A DNA stretch of 64,000 bases, from the NCBI GenBank assembly GCA_001179505.1, contig CDMY01000254.1:1-64000 (forward strand), read 5' to 3'. The notes beneath the pieces are model-generated. The model saw nothing but the letters and a program-made list of their open reading frames with translations, was not told the origin of the DNA and did not search any database. Below, piece after piece: positions 50,601-63,503 of the stretch (its first letter is position 1; every line of letters starts with the position of its first letter). Position numbers and translations under genes: made by a program. Source of the stretch: Vitrella brassicaformis CCMP3155. Taxonomy: Eukaryota > Protista > Chromerida.

Positions 50601-53600
50601 CTCGTGTAGAATGCGCGGAACTCGACGTACATGCCACACGACCTGCACATCCATACACACTGGCCTCAGCGCGCCTGCGAAGTGCACATGGGGAATCCGT
50701 CTGCATGTATGAGCCGTACCATAGGAATATAGTTCCAATCTCCATGGCGAGCAGCCAGCCTAAAACACATGACAAGGACACCCGCCGGCCCGTTGCGCCG
50801 CGCCTGTGCTGTGCCCAGCGCCCGCGCACCTGAGTAGGGCCAGGAGAAGGCGAGCTGGAGAGGCTGGATGAGCATCTGAAAAACGAGTGCCGCACCGTAG
50901 AGCAGCAGCAGCATCCACTCAGCCCACACACGCATCGCGCGGATCACATCGGCGTGCCTCTCCCGCCAGCAATCTGCCAGCCAGGCCAAGGGGGACAGCA
51001 CTGAGGTCCTGAATGTGGTGTCTGTCTCCTGGTCGTCATGGTTGCTTGACATGTCCTCGTCGCATGAGCTGGTCGGCGGCACGGGTGTTTTGTACCCGGA
51101 GGGCTCCCTGGGTACGCTCTTGTCCGAAGGCGGCCGCACGGACAGCTCCGGAATGGAGCACGCCACGGCTGCAGGAGGGGGCGACTTCTCCTCGCATGTG
51201 CCGGGCAGCGACATGTCCGTGTTGTCGTTGTTATTGTTGCTGTAATCGGCGGTCGCCTTCGGTGCGGGAGACGGCAAGGGCTCATGGCGTTGTTTGAGGA
51301 AAGGGCGAAGTCCAATCCCACTGTCCTTCGGCTGCACCGTGGCGCCTACATTGGGCTCCGACGACCTCCTGACCTTTTCCGGCTGCTCGCTTCTGGATCT
51401 CTGCGTATGCACTTTGGCAGTCCTTGTGGTGTTGACGCGCTGAATGGTGAGGACTCCGCGAAGCAAGCTCAGTCGCCGCCGGAAAGCACTCAGTGTGAGG
51501 CGCCTGCTCTTTCTGCTCATTGAGGGCGAGAGGAGCCAGGCAAGCAGGGACACCAGGCATAAGTCGCAAGCTCTGTCTGCATGAAAGCGCTGGCTGAAGT
51601 GCCTACTTACTTGGTCATGATCTCTTCGAAATCGTCAGGTGCTGGCCCTGCAAGTGGGAGGGGAGATAATGTGCGATATAGCATCGTTTGACAAAGTGTT
51701 TCCTAGCCTATCACCGCACGTAATACGTTTGTTTCCTCACCCTGCCAGGCAGGCTCCACGGCCCCTCCGAGCGATGACTGTTTCCTGGGCATCGCGTCCT
51801 TGTCCGTGTCTGTACCGGGGACGGGCCACGCCGTTTGGACTTTTGGTTTGCCGTCAGTTTGTGGCGGGACCAGTGGGGCGGGTGGCCCACCCTCGCCGTC
51901 GGTGTCCTCGCGGTCGCTGTGCAAGGGCAGCGACTGCACTCAACAAAATCATGTAGACACCGGGCATATGTTGTCCATACTGATGTGCGCGTATTGCACC
52001 TGTGAGACCAGTGACGGGACGGGGGTAATGGGTGTGTGGGGGTCCTCGGGGTCGGGGGGAGCCAGCAGCCACGGGGGGGACGCGTTGGTGGCTGCGGGCG
52101 CCGTCGGGACAGACGGCTGATGCACAGGGGAATGAGCGTCGCTCTTAGCTTCCTCGGCGCTGGCGCTGCTCTCCCCACTCTCGTCTTGCTGTGACTGCTC
52201 CTTCTTGTCGCCTTGTTGCGTGGGCATTTGCTGCTCCTTCACGGATGCAGAGGATCGAGACTGGTGCTTGACGCGAGCCTGCGTGCCATCCACACTCACA
52301 TCTTCATTTGACCAGAATGGCAGAGTGACGTGTCTGTTTACATACCTTCCTGAAAGCGGCCTTTGCCTCCTTGAGCCTGGTGATGGCGACGTCCTGCATC
52401 TTCTTCTTGATCTCGGGATACATCTCTAGTACCTGACCAGCTTACTCATAATGACAAGCTCCTCCGACCTGTCTCGCCAGCGGCGCGCACCTGTGCGAAG
52501 TCCCTCTTTTGCAGCACACATGCCGTCACGTTAGATCGTGACCTCACACTCGCCGTTCTCGTTAGAGACAAAGACTCCCCCTGACATGGTATCAGAGAAG
52601 GAGAGGAAACAAAGAGTCAGTGACCGTTGGGGGCACTGATCGATGTGTCTGTGTGTTTACTTCAGCGTCCTCCAGTAGTGACAGCTCGCCCACAAATGAC
52701 CCTGCAAGTGCAGCGCTGCGCTGTTTTGCACATCGTCACGACGTGTGTGCCATGGCTTGCCTGGCCCCAAAATGGCGACCCGTTGTGTGGCCGATCCGAA
52801 GCCGACAAGCACCTCTACCTCACCCTGGACCACAACACGCCACTCGACACCATCGTATCCATGCAGTCTGGGTCCTCACTTGGTAAGGTTACCTGGAGAA
52901 TGATAAACATCTCGTTGGCCAGCTCACGTTGCCGCATCAGAAACTCACCCTGTGCCCGTGCACCCATCCATGAAAGAGACGCAAACAAAGCACACACAAA
53001 CTCTCATTTCACAAAATGTGCGCTCGTCGCCTCGCGAGCACCTTGGCTACGAGCACAGGTTTGAGCGACACCACCAGGCCAGCTATCAGGTCGGGATTAT
53101 CCTGAAACACGCACAGCCACACACAGAGTATACCCTTGCCTCGTCGTGTCTGGTGTTGACATATGCTTTCCTGGAAGATTGGCACGTCCTTGAGCGCCCG
53201 ACTGTACAGGAACTCACAGACTTCTTTGCGAATGGGGGCTGGGAACTCACGCAGCACTACCGACTCGTCAACTCCCCTTCAACACACACAGACACAACAT
53301 CTCCTCCTCTCCTCCGCACAGAGACACCCGGGCATACCTATACGATTTCCAGAGCATCTCCATGTGTGCCCGCACCCGTATGCACAGCCGCTCGGGAATC
53401 TGCACATGCGCTAACCAATGCTGCACCAACACACACACACACACACGTGCGTGTGAGGTGGATGAGCATCTCGTTTCTTTCTTCGGGTGTCACCCTCAGG
53501 TCCCTCAGCTTCTGCAGGTGAGCGGTTGACGCGGCATTGAGAGATGACACCAATGTGGTCACCTCAGCGTACACAAACGCAAGGAACACCTGAGCACCCA

Positions 53601-56600
53601 CACACCCACACACAGCATCAATCGTCCGTCCGTGTGATGTGTGGTTGGTTGCCTTGGACACGAGCACGATCACAATCGCATAGAGCCTCTCGTCAAACGC
53701 CACGAATACCCAATCGCCAAACGCAACTGTGCCGGCAACCTGCACAGCACAACCAATGCACAGTGACGTTACGTAAGATCTCATCGTGTGTGCGGTGTGC
53801 GTGTGTGCGTGTACTTCGCACCAGTGATGCCAGGTACACGCAGTTGACATACTCTTCATACGCCGACATGTGCATCCCAAACGAAGGAGGCCTGCACGCA
53901 CACATGTTCAGGGGAGACTGAGTGACTTAGCGACTGACTGACTGACTGACTGAGTGACGGACAGACCTCACCTGTTTATATTTGGGTTGACAATGCCTTC
54001 GCTTTCGATCTTTTGCGGGAACAGAAAGGGGGCCCGCGAGTAAAAGGAGCTGACACACACACAGGTCATACCATCAACGTGTGAACATTCTCCTTTGTGT
54101 GCCGTCTCGGCTAACGTGAATAGGCTGCTTTGTTGGTGGTGGTCGTTGGGCGGCGTGTTGGTTCGCCCCACCAAAAAGATTCCACACGCAAACCAATGCC
54201 TGTAGAAAACGACAGGGTATATCCATGTGGGTGTACAGCTGCGTGTATGTGCCCTTTACGAACGTGAGGAGTATGAAGATTGCGAACAGGAAAAGTACCG
54301 ATCGCCAGGTATCATCATAGCCCAGAAGCAGCATCACGGCACCCAAACCCTCACGGCCTGCACACAGTGACTCATCCATCTCAATCAATGGTCAGTTGAT
54401 GATGTCTTACCGAGAAATTTCCACAGTCTGACAACAGAACACCAAGCTTGAACAATTAGGCTCGTACCAGTGTGCTGTGGTATAAATATCGTACCTGTAT
54501 GTGCGGGCCAGACGGAAAAAGCGCAGTAGAGAAATCGTCTCGTGACTCTGACAAACGACCATAGACGGATGAATGAATGGTGGGAAACCGGCGTGTTGGG
54601 CGGATGTGCGTGTCGCTTCATCACTCACTCACTCACTCACTTGTGACTCCGACCAGCCAAACAGGGCAGTGAGGGGCAGCGACGAGGCCAAGTCCACCAG
54701 GAACCTGACGGAATGCATGCAAAGCACATTGCCACGTGTGTGTCGCGTGTGGCCGCCAGACCATGTGTTGAGGTAGTGGTATGACACACGCGAGGGATTG
54801 GACAGCTCCACACCACTCTAGGCACCAAGCAAGCAAATAACATCGAGCTCAGATTGATTGCCGTCAATGTGTCGTTCCTTCATCACTCACCTTGCCCCCC
54901 GGTATGGCAATACGAAAGCGCACAATGATGTCCAGTATGTAGATCACCTTGTGCAGCCATAGACAAGCACAAACACACAGTTGCTTGCTTCTTGTTTGTC
55001 CCCTGTTGCATCCCTGCGGCTCCCACCTGAGCAACAGCATCGATCTTTGCAATTGGCCCTCGGGCGGGACGCTCGAAGCAGTAACTGTACGGCACAAATA
55101 CTGCACACACCACACACGCCACGCACAGCCAGACATGTCTCTCTCTCTCTCTCTCTCTCCCTCGCTCTCTCCTTGCCATTTGTCGCCCGTCTGCCTGCAG
55201 GTGAGTGTGTGTTAGTGTGTCTGTGCGGGCCGTTCATTGGTTACTTAGGTTCCAGAGAACAGCAAAGCATATGAGGAAGTTCCACAGCACATACGCCTGG
55301 CTCCCCGGCTGAATCATAAACGATGAAGAGACGTCCCGAAACGCAAAACTACAGACGCACGCACAGCACTTGCCGCCACGCAATCAACAGACGAATCCAT
55401 ATTTAATTTGCTTTGGCCTACCGTGCGAATGGGGTGACGTTGAATCGTTCGACAGTGTTTTGCCTCTGTTGGAGGAGGGGGACTTGCTGCGGGAGTGGGT
55501 GCTCCGCTCTCTCCCTGCTGCGGCTCTTGCTCTTGGCGCCAGAGCCCCAACGGTACCATCTGCGTACATACCAACCAATACACATCCATGTGCAGTCAGG
55601 TGATCGTTTGCCGGTCCGTCACAGAGGTGATTACTTCTTGGCAGGCTGTTCGGGCTCTTTGCCTCCCTCATCGACGGCTACAACAGTATAGTCGTCTCGC
55701 GGCTCCTTCCGCCTGTCCCGCTTGTCGCCTCGCGAGATGATGCGGTGCGGCGGGACGGATATGACGTTCTCGCCAAACCTCTCGTTCATGTGCTGCACCA
55801 GGTGCTGCGCCAGCCGCAGCTGCTGAGAAGACGGCACTGCATTCACGGGCGAATCTGATGAACTGCATCCAGGACAAAACACATGCAGACAGATGACACG
55901 GTGAGGCGTCCCTGTCTCTCCATGTTGTTTGTGTCTCTTCCTCTGTGGCAGCTCAGCTCACCCGACGCCTCCACTCGTGGCTTGGTCGCTGCTGCCCTGT
56001 TGGTTAGTCTGTGTGGTGCTCTCATCAGGTGCACTCTCCACTTCGCTCCACTCGTCCCTCTCCCGTCCCCACTCGTCCTTGTCGAAAGGCACCGAGTGAG
56101 ACGGAGATGACACCGACATCGGAAGCTCCAGCAGAGGCGACATCAACACTGACTGGCGGCCCTTCATGTGCTTCATGTACTCTGCCAGCCCCTCGGCGTC
56201 CTCCATACATGACATCGACGACGCCCGCCGGGCCCGCAGGTTGAGAAACAGCTGGGAGGCCCGCCGCTGGGCGTCTGTCTTGCCGACCGATGTCTGCATG
56301 GCCCCCTTAATGCGCTTTCTGATGCTGTAGCGCCTCCTGGACCTGAGGGGCATGTATGCGGCCATCCTCTCAGCGCTCTCCGGGCTGATCCGCCGCCCGG
56401 TGTCGCCCAGCTCGGGTTGGACGGGGAGGAAGAACGGGCCCGACACCACCGACTGGCCAGGCCGCCCCTCAGTGGAGGACTTCCTCAGGCCACCCGGGGG
56501 ATCCGCGACACTACCGTCCTTTGGCGGAGTCTTGTCGGCGGCAGGGAAGGAGGAACTGCGCCTCTTGAAGGACCTGAAGGCTTCCTGTCCCTCGGACTGT

Positions 56601-59600
56601 GCGTTGACGTCCACCATGTTGGTCTTGGTCCGGGTGAGTATGCGGCGGAGGACACGTGTGCTGTCGTCTCTCTCCTCTTTCTCGGTCATCTCCGTCAGCA
56701 TGGTCTCGGTGCGCCTGATGGTGCGCCTGGAGATCCTGCATGACAGGCACTCACACAAGCGACATATCCAACCAAACACATACATGGGGACGCATGAGTG
56801 GATGTATCGGTACATGGGTGCGATGGTCGGCAGGGGGGCGTTGGTGCGGAGCAGGCGGGCCACGGCGAGGGGGCTGGCGCATGTGAGCGCCGAGTCGCGC
56901 CTGTCAATGCGCTGATCGTCGTCGTCTTCACCCGCGGCCTCATCGACGAACTGGATGGTGCGCTTCCTCTTGAAGACCACGTTCTCGCCGGGCGACACCT
57001 CGGTGTCCGAGTAGGGCTGTGTGGCCTCCTGGCGAGCACCCTTCTCGAGAGCGGCCAGGGCGACGCTCTTGCGCCTCTCTGTCTGCATCTGCAGCATCTG
57101 CCTCGCCTCCTCCGTGTCTCTCTCGGCGAGCATCTGGCTGAGTGACAATGTCGACTGGCGCAGGTCGGACGTCCTGTGTTTGCCATACTGCTTCTTCTTG
57201 GTGGACGCACTCGTGGTGGACGTGTCCTTCTGAGGCGATAACGGCGACAGAGTGGTGCTGATACGGCGAAAGGGGGAAATCGGAGACATGTCAGTGATGT
57301 TGGTCACTGTCGGGCTGCCCTCCAAACTGCACCAACACACCACACACGCCATCAGTCGACACAAAGACTCACGACGATGTAAGGGAGATACGGATGACCT
57401 GACCTGGTTCTGTCGTCCGATTCTGTGGCGGCAGAGGTGATGCTGACTCGTGAGGCCTTCGGGGGCAGCCGCATCATCGGGCGGCTCACCGGCCCGACCC
57501 TCTTGCTGGATCGAAGAGGCATTGTGTGCCCTTGGGAGAGGAAGGACTCCCGGCCCAGCGACCTGCGCTTCATGATGGACTTCCGCCGGGCCTTGGGCTG
57601 CTGCTCGTGGTGCTTGGCCGCATCCCGCGCATTGGGAAAGAGCAGCTCGCCGTCGGAGTAGGTCACACGCCGCTCGCCAGACACCGACTTGGTGGTGGTG
57701 TCATCGTCATCCGACGACTCCTGCCGCTTGTCGGGGTCCTGCATCTCGCTGTCCGGCAGGAGGGCCCAGGCACGCTGCGCTAAGAGCCGCTGCGTTCCCA
57801 GCACACGAGTCGCGGGATTCCCACCCGACACGAGCGATATTCTGCGCAGTGCCTCGAGGGTGTTCTGCCTGGTCTGCTTGTTCTCAGAGAGGACCTTCTT
57901 CTCCTCCTTGTCTGTCAGCTCGTCGCTGTCTACCTGCAGCCCATGCTTGTCTGCACACACACACACACACACACACACAGACAATAGACGTATGCGCGAC
58001 TCCAAGGTGCGGGAATAAGCGCCTTGCCTGTGTTGGTCTGTTTGCGTACCTTGTGTGAGATGTCTGGGGCTGGGTGTGGGTGACGGTGGGGTGTGATGGC
58101 CCTGCTCCTCCCCCCTCTGCTTCATCTCCTTGATGCGGGACAAAGACACCTTCTTGAGCACACGACGAAAAAACCGACGGTCGTCCGGGAAATGACTCGA
58201 CGCCTCTTGCCAGTCCTGCGTGACGCACATATGACGTAGGGAATGGATGCACCGCACAGGAGACCGTGGATGTGCACGCACACACGTGCCACCGTGCCGC
58301 GGTAAGCTCACCCTTTGCAGCAGCACGTGGCACTTGCATGTGGTAGTGGCCTGTACACTGCTGGCCGCCTTGTGGGGCACAATGAGTGACGCCTCACCGA
58401 TCCAGTCACCGCTCTTCAAAATTCCCGCTGACGAACCTGATATGTTGACGGAGGCAGGCAGGCAGGCAGGCAGGGAGGGAGGGAGGGAGGGGGGAGGCAT
58501 GTGACGCAGATGGACAGACAGAGGAGATATATATCGGCTGTGTGAGCTGACTGACCGCTGACGACCAGTTTGGCCTCCCCGTCAGCAATGTAGAAGAGGT
58601 GCTGAGCCAACTCACCCTCCCTACGCATTCACACATACACGGACACACAGGCCGTTCACACCGGGGTCAGGGAAGAAGAGGGTGTATGTGTGTGTGGTAC
58701 ATACCTGACGATGTACTGTGACGGCAGAAATATCTGCTGCACAATGCGGATGGAGGCCTCACGTAGCAAATTCGGATTGCAGTAGCGAAACAATGGCAAA
58801 CGGTTGAACCTGCGTGTGCAACACATACAGCAAAGGTGCATGGAGTCATGCATACGTGTCTCAGCTCACATGTCAGCGTAGTGCAGGCTGGCGATCTCCA
58901 TGCGGATGCTGATGGGTAGCCCACGCAGCGTCTGGTGGATCTCAGAGCCATACAGCGGCTCAAACTGGCTGTAATACACCTGCAGACAGACAGACAGACA
59001 GACAGCGCCACATATACAGACAGACATTGCAGCCAGCCATGGTGAGGTCTTGACGCACCCGTATTTGTTCCCTGAGTGCTCCCGGCAACTGTCTGGTGCG
59101 GACGTATTGCTGTATGGAGTCGAGCTTCCTCTTGAGCCGGTAGCTGGCGCCGTGGATATTCTGGATCTGGGCGCTGAACAGCGCAAAGAGCGACGAGTAC
59201 ACCGACGCACCAATGAGCATCACGCACAAGGCCACAAGCCTCTCCCACACATTAGTGGGCGCTATGTCGCCGAATCCCGCGCTCGTGAGTGTGCATGTGG
59301 CCCAGAAGATGCCACATATGAGCTGGTATATGGTGGCTGTGTCCCGGATGCCGTCTTCGAAGGTGGACATCCATCCGTCTCTCATCTGGCCCACCCGCAG
59401 CCATGCCACGGCCGTCCACAGGCCGATGTACCACAGCACCAGCCCCAGGTGCACCAGCTGCATCGCCCGCTCCACAACCACATTCTTGTGTCTCTTGGAA
59501 AGGAAGAACCGCAGCTCCTCCAGCCGCAGCAGCTTCAGATACCGCAGCAAAATGACTGCCCACGAGGACCGATTGGCGCGTATGAGCGTCGTGAATGAGA

Positions 59601-61290
59601 TGATGGGCAGCGAGGCCAGCAGCACGGTGATGATCTTGCGCCGCTCGCGGATGTGGAACGGGTTGGTGAGCATCTCACGCCGTGTTTGGGGCTGCAGGGG
59701 CGCCAGGTGTCGGAACCGGAATATCGTGTCGGACGCCTTGAGTTTGGCGTCGCGGTACACATACAGCCGGAGGGCACCGTCCAGCAGATACACCAACTCG
59801 GCAAACATCTCCAAACCCAACCACACACCCTGAGTGTACCACACAGTCAATGAGTGAGCGAGCCACACACACACCATGCCATAAAGTCATGATGTGAGTG
59901 ATGTCCCTGACCGTGCATTTGTTTTTGAATGCCGAGTGGAAGGGTACGGCGGTGTAGTAGAAGAGGATGCACACCACCATGAGGTTGTACCACACGCGAG
60001 GGAACAGAGGGGCGTACAGCGGGTCCGCCAGACGCTCGCGCTCCTCCTCGCTCCCTGAACAACGACAGACGAGCAAAACAAGAGACACATACATGTCTAT
60101 AGCGGCTCTGTGTGAGTGCACGGCTTCGGAATACACACTCGGGATGTCCAGAAACGTCTGTTCGGTGGGGACAAGACGAAAGGAGAAAGCACGTCCGCCG
60201 CTGGCATGTGGGCATCATTCCTTCAGTGTCGTGTGCGTCCCTCACCTTGAGATGCCATGGAATGTACCTCTGCTTGTCGCTGACGAACTTTTTGGAGGCG
60301 GCTCGCCCAGGAGGAGGCGGGCCGCACGTCGTACACGTGATCATCTCGAGTGCCTCCCGCTGTGTGTGCTGAACCACCCGGTAATGTTTGACGAGGGTCC
60401 GGCGGTGAATCTGGTGACGCGCGAAATATCGCCCCCAATGCCCCCACATCGAGTTTACGCGTCCTTGTGATTTCGGGTCTCCCGGATCACACAGATGTCC
60501 AGTCCCATCTCCTCATTGACGAAAAAGACACGTACTGATGTATCCCATCTATTTACCAGGCCCGTCTGTCTGATTGTCACATGCAGCACCCCCTTGCTCG
60601 TTGTGCTCTGCTGCTTCATCCGAGCCGCCCTGCTCCTGGTGTTGCTCTTCCCTGGCCTGCTGCTCGAGCTGACTGATGACCGGCTGCAGGATGTCGACAA
60701 CACTGGTGCATGCAGACATGAGCATCCCCTCTGTGTAGGGGGGGAGGGGGGGCGACGGCTCCCCGTCAGGCTGCACTGGTGCGTCCATCTCTATTGGCCC
60801 GTGCTCCCTTATGTGGTCGCGAAGACACGACCACACCACCTGAACCAATCACCCACATCACACCCACACATGCACATCACATGCACTCAGATGTGAAACG
60901 GACAGTGATCCTCACTCTCCGCGTCATCTGACCTTGGCGGCCATTTGTGGCTCCCACTGCATTGGGAAAGAGGGCTGGGTCGGGGGGTCGGGGCACACGA
61001 TGACGTCTCGCTGGCGGACAAGGCCATCGAGTGAACCCCACACGTCACTCGTGGGGCCTTCAGCTGGTGGCTCCGACGCTGACTGCGCATCGGTGGCAGG
61101 GTCAGGTAGACAATCGAGAGAATCGCGGCGCACATACTGACAGAACGACACCATGTTTGTGGAAGGGTTGTGTCTGTTGATCCGTCAACCTACCTGTCGA
61201 TAGCCCACGACGACCCGGCAGCTCTGCGCTCCGCCACGACTGCATCAATGACGACACGCACAGCAAACAAGTCTGCCACGTCCATGCAGC
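44650..61290 (-). CDS. Four-repeat (4 x [S1-S6 + C-linker + CNBD]) cyclic-nucleotide-regulated K-type channel, CNGK-like; termini approximate
   Basis: Repeat I ~60060-58100, II ~55300-52350, III ~50950-47950, IV ~47500-44850. Each has an S1, an S4-like R-rich segment, a pore loop, S6 and a CNBD. I traced in-frame GT-AG splice paths across all three linkers with no obligatory stop. Confidence 0.82.
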
Positions 61291-61308
61291 ACCCAGAATG
61301 GTGTCTGC

Positions 61309-63503
61309 CTACGCTTCCAGAAGCCGCTGCAGGACACGAACGAGCTCGTCAAATGCAGGCGACGCACCATCTACCCTGGTGCACTCGGCTGCAGAAGCGG
61401 CTGCAGCGTCGGGGAGGGTTGTGGGGGCCCTTTGGCAGAGATGGGTGAGGAAGAGGCCTCGAGGACAGCAGCCGGTCGTGTGGTCCACCTGCACTCAAGT
61501 GGGTGGAACCTTTGCTGAAGAGCCAGACCACACCTGTATTGTGGGCATTGGTTCACCTGCAACAACTGCACGGGGTTCGTCATGCCGTCCTCGAGCACCG
61601 CGCCGGCTCCCACGCCCACTTTGCCCCCTCCATTCGTCTCACTGGCTGTCGTCTCGGTGTCGCTGGGCACGGGCGATGGACGCGTCCGTGCCTCAGAGGG
61701 CCGCTCACGAGGGGAGGGGTCGGCCAACAGGGCACGGTCAGTCAGGGCAATCAGATGCAGCACGGAGGGGATTGGGGAGGGGGCGGGCGTTGTCTGAGGG
61801 GGAGGGATGTAGTCGGGGGAAGAGATGAGCCGACTCGCCTGGATGGTCTGCACAGGGTGAGGGATTCGCTTCTGATCGTACCTACCTCTCTGTGCTGAGG
61901 TGACTGACACGTACCTGTCCGTTGTCGAGCCGCAGGCCGACAAGTCGATTTTTTTCGTTGTCGCCTTGTCGTGCGATAATGTGCGTGGGTCTGCACCTGA
62001 GCATGTAGAGACCTGGAGGGCACAACACGCAGTACGCAACTGCATCAGACAAACCAATGCACTGTCCTCCTACATGTGTGGACGAGTGCATGCTCACCTC
62101 TGTGGAGGGCGCAGACCCGCGTGAAGGCCTGAGGGAGCTCCGCCGTGCCGTACATCGGGTACAGAAACGGACTGCCTGTAAGACATCAAACATAGTGCCA
62201 GAATACCGGCGTGTTCAGACATCCAAGTCCGTCGTATGGCGTACTGTATGCTTTTTTTTACCCGCGGCGTATATGCCCAGGGACCTGATGATCCGCTCCA
62301 CACGATCCACACCTGCATGAATAAGCATCCCCTTTCACTGGGTGGCGCGACGCTTTTCGTGTCTCTCTCTCTCTCTCTCTGTCACCTTGTCGTGCGGTCC
62401 ACTGTGGGTGTCTCTCCTCCCCCATGCAGACGCCGTACGTCATCAGGGACTGCAGCCGGTCTGTCAACTGATGCGACCCCATGTACTCGAACCACGTCCC
62501 GTCCAACACACCCGACTCATCGCCACCATCTCCACTATCCTCAGCCTCGTTGTCGGTGTCGCTGGCAGCAGCGGCGGCAGCGGTGGAAGCCGTGGGCAGG
62601 TCTCTGCCTTGTAGCGCCTTGGGGGTGTGGAATGCGGCAGAGCTTTGGGCAGCGGTGAGTGAGGTGAGGAACTTCATGAGCAGCCGCTTCTCGATGAGCG
62701 AGAGGGCCGACGACTGGAAGATGTCACTCCGGCTGAACGGCAGCCGGAACCAGTCGCCATCAGACCACGTAAACAGCCCTTCCATTCCTGCAGACAGACA
62801 GACAGTCAGACGCACAACAACACGAGGACATGTTGTATACGCCTGATGTTGGTGTGATGGCACGTGTACTGGCCTTTGAATTCCAGGTATCTGGACACCC
62901 CCGATCGCAGAAGAATGTCAACTAGGTCGCTGCGGCAGTACAGCAGCCGGGGACAAACGTCCACACAGAACTGATTCGATTGCCGCACAAGCCGCTCTTC
63001 AGTCGTCTCACATCCACCGCCACCACCACCACCACCACCAGAAGCCGAGGCAGAAGCAGCAGAAGCTGGCTCACTTTCGTCGAGCAGGAACGGTTCAGTG
63101 GCCATAAAGCGGTCCACAAAACACGATGACGTCACGCCGCTATCGCTGCCGACATCGTCCAGCGGCACCCACTCTTCGCCTGGTGGTGGTGCTGTTTGGC
63201 CATCTGCCTGGAGCTGTTGATCTGTGGGTGGCTCGGGTTGTTCGCGTCCCTGTGACCACAGCTTGAGCTGTTTGTAGTTGAGGCTGCTCCAGTTGCCGCC
63301 ATAGTAGTCTCGGCCGTCCAGATGAAGCACCTTCAAACCACAGCGAGACAACGATCTGAACAAACAGAGGTAAAGACGAGGGCGAATGAACACGCGTGTT
63401 GCAGTCGTCTGTTTGACTGTCCTAACGCGGCGATGAGGCATTCGATGAGTCCCGTGCCGACGACGCACACGTCGAACTCCCGCTCGCCCTCGTCGAGGAG
63501 CAT
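61309..63503 (-). CDS. Rab escort protein (REP/CHM, GDI family); alternative in-frame start at 63620
   Basis: EFDVCVVGTGLIECLIAA; GLKVLHLDGRDYYGGNWSSLN; QFCVDVCPRLLYCRSDLVDILLRSGVSRYLEFK; PFSRSDIFQSSALSLIEKRLLMKFL; GSPFLYPMYGTAELPQAFTRVCALH. Confidence 0.9.

Noticed and set aside
55631-55633. Stop codon splitting the channel into two genes
   Set aside because: The TAA overlaps a AA|GTAATC donor; splicing to the CAG at ~55562 continues in frame into the S1 of repeat II.
59050-59833. Long antisense ORFs over coding exons (also 4220-4816, 6671-7291, 15818-16513, 56352-56915)
   Set aside because: Expected shadow ORFs of GC-rich coding sequence.
63000-63070. Gly/Ala/Ser run in the Rab escort protein as a novel domain
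   Set aside because: Low-complexity insert in the variable region typical of REP compared with GDI.
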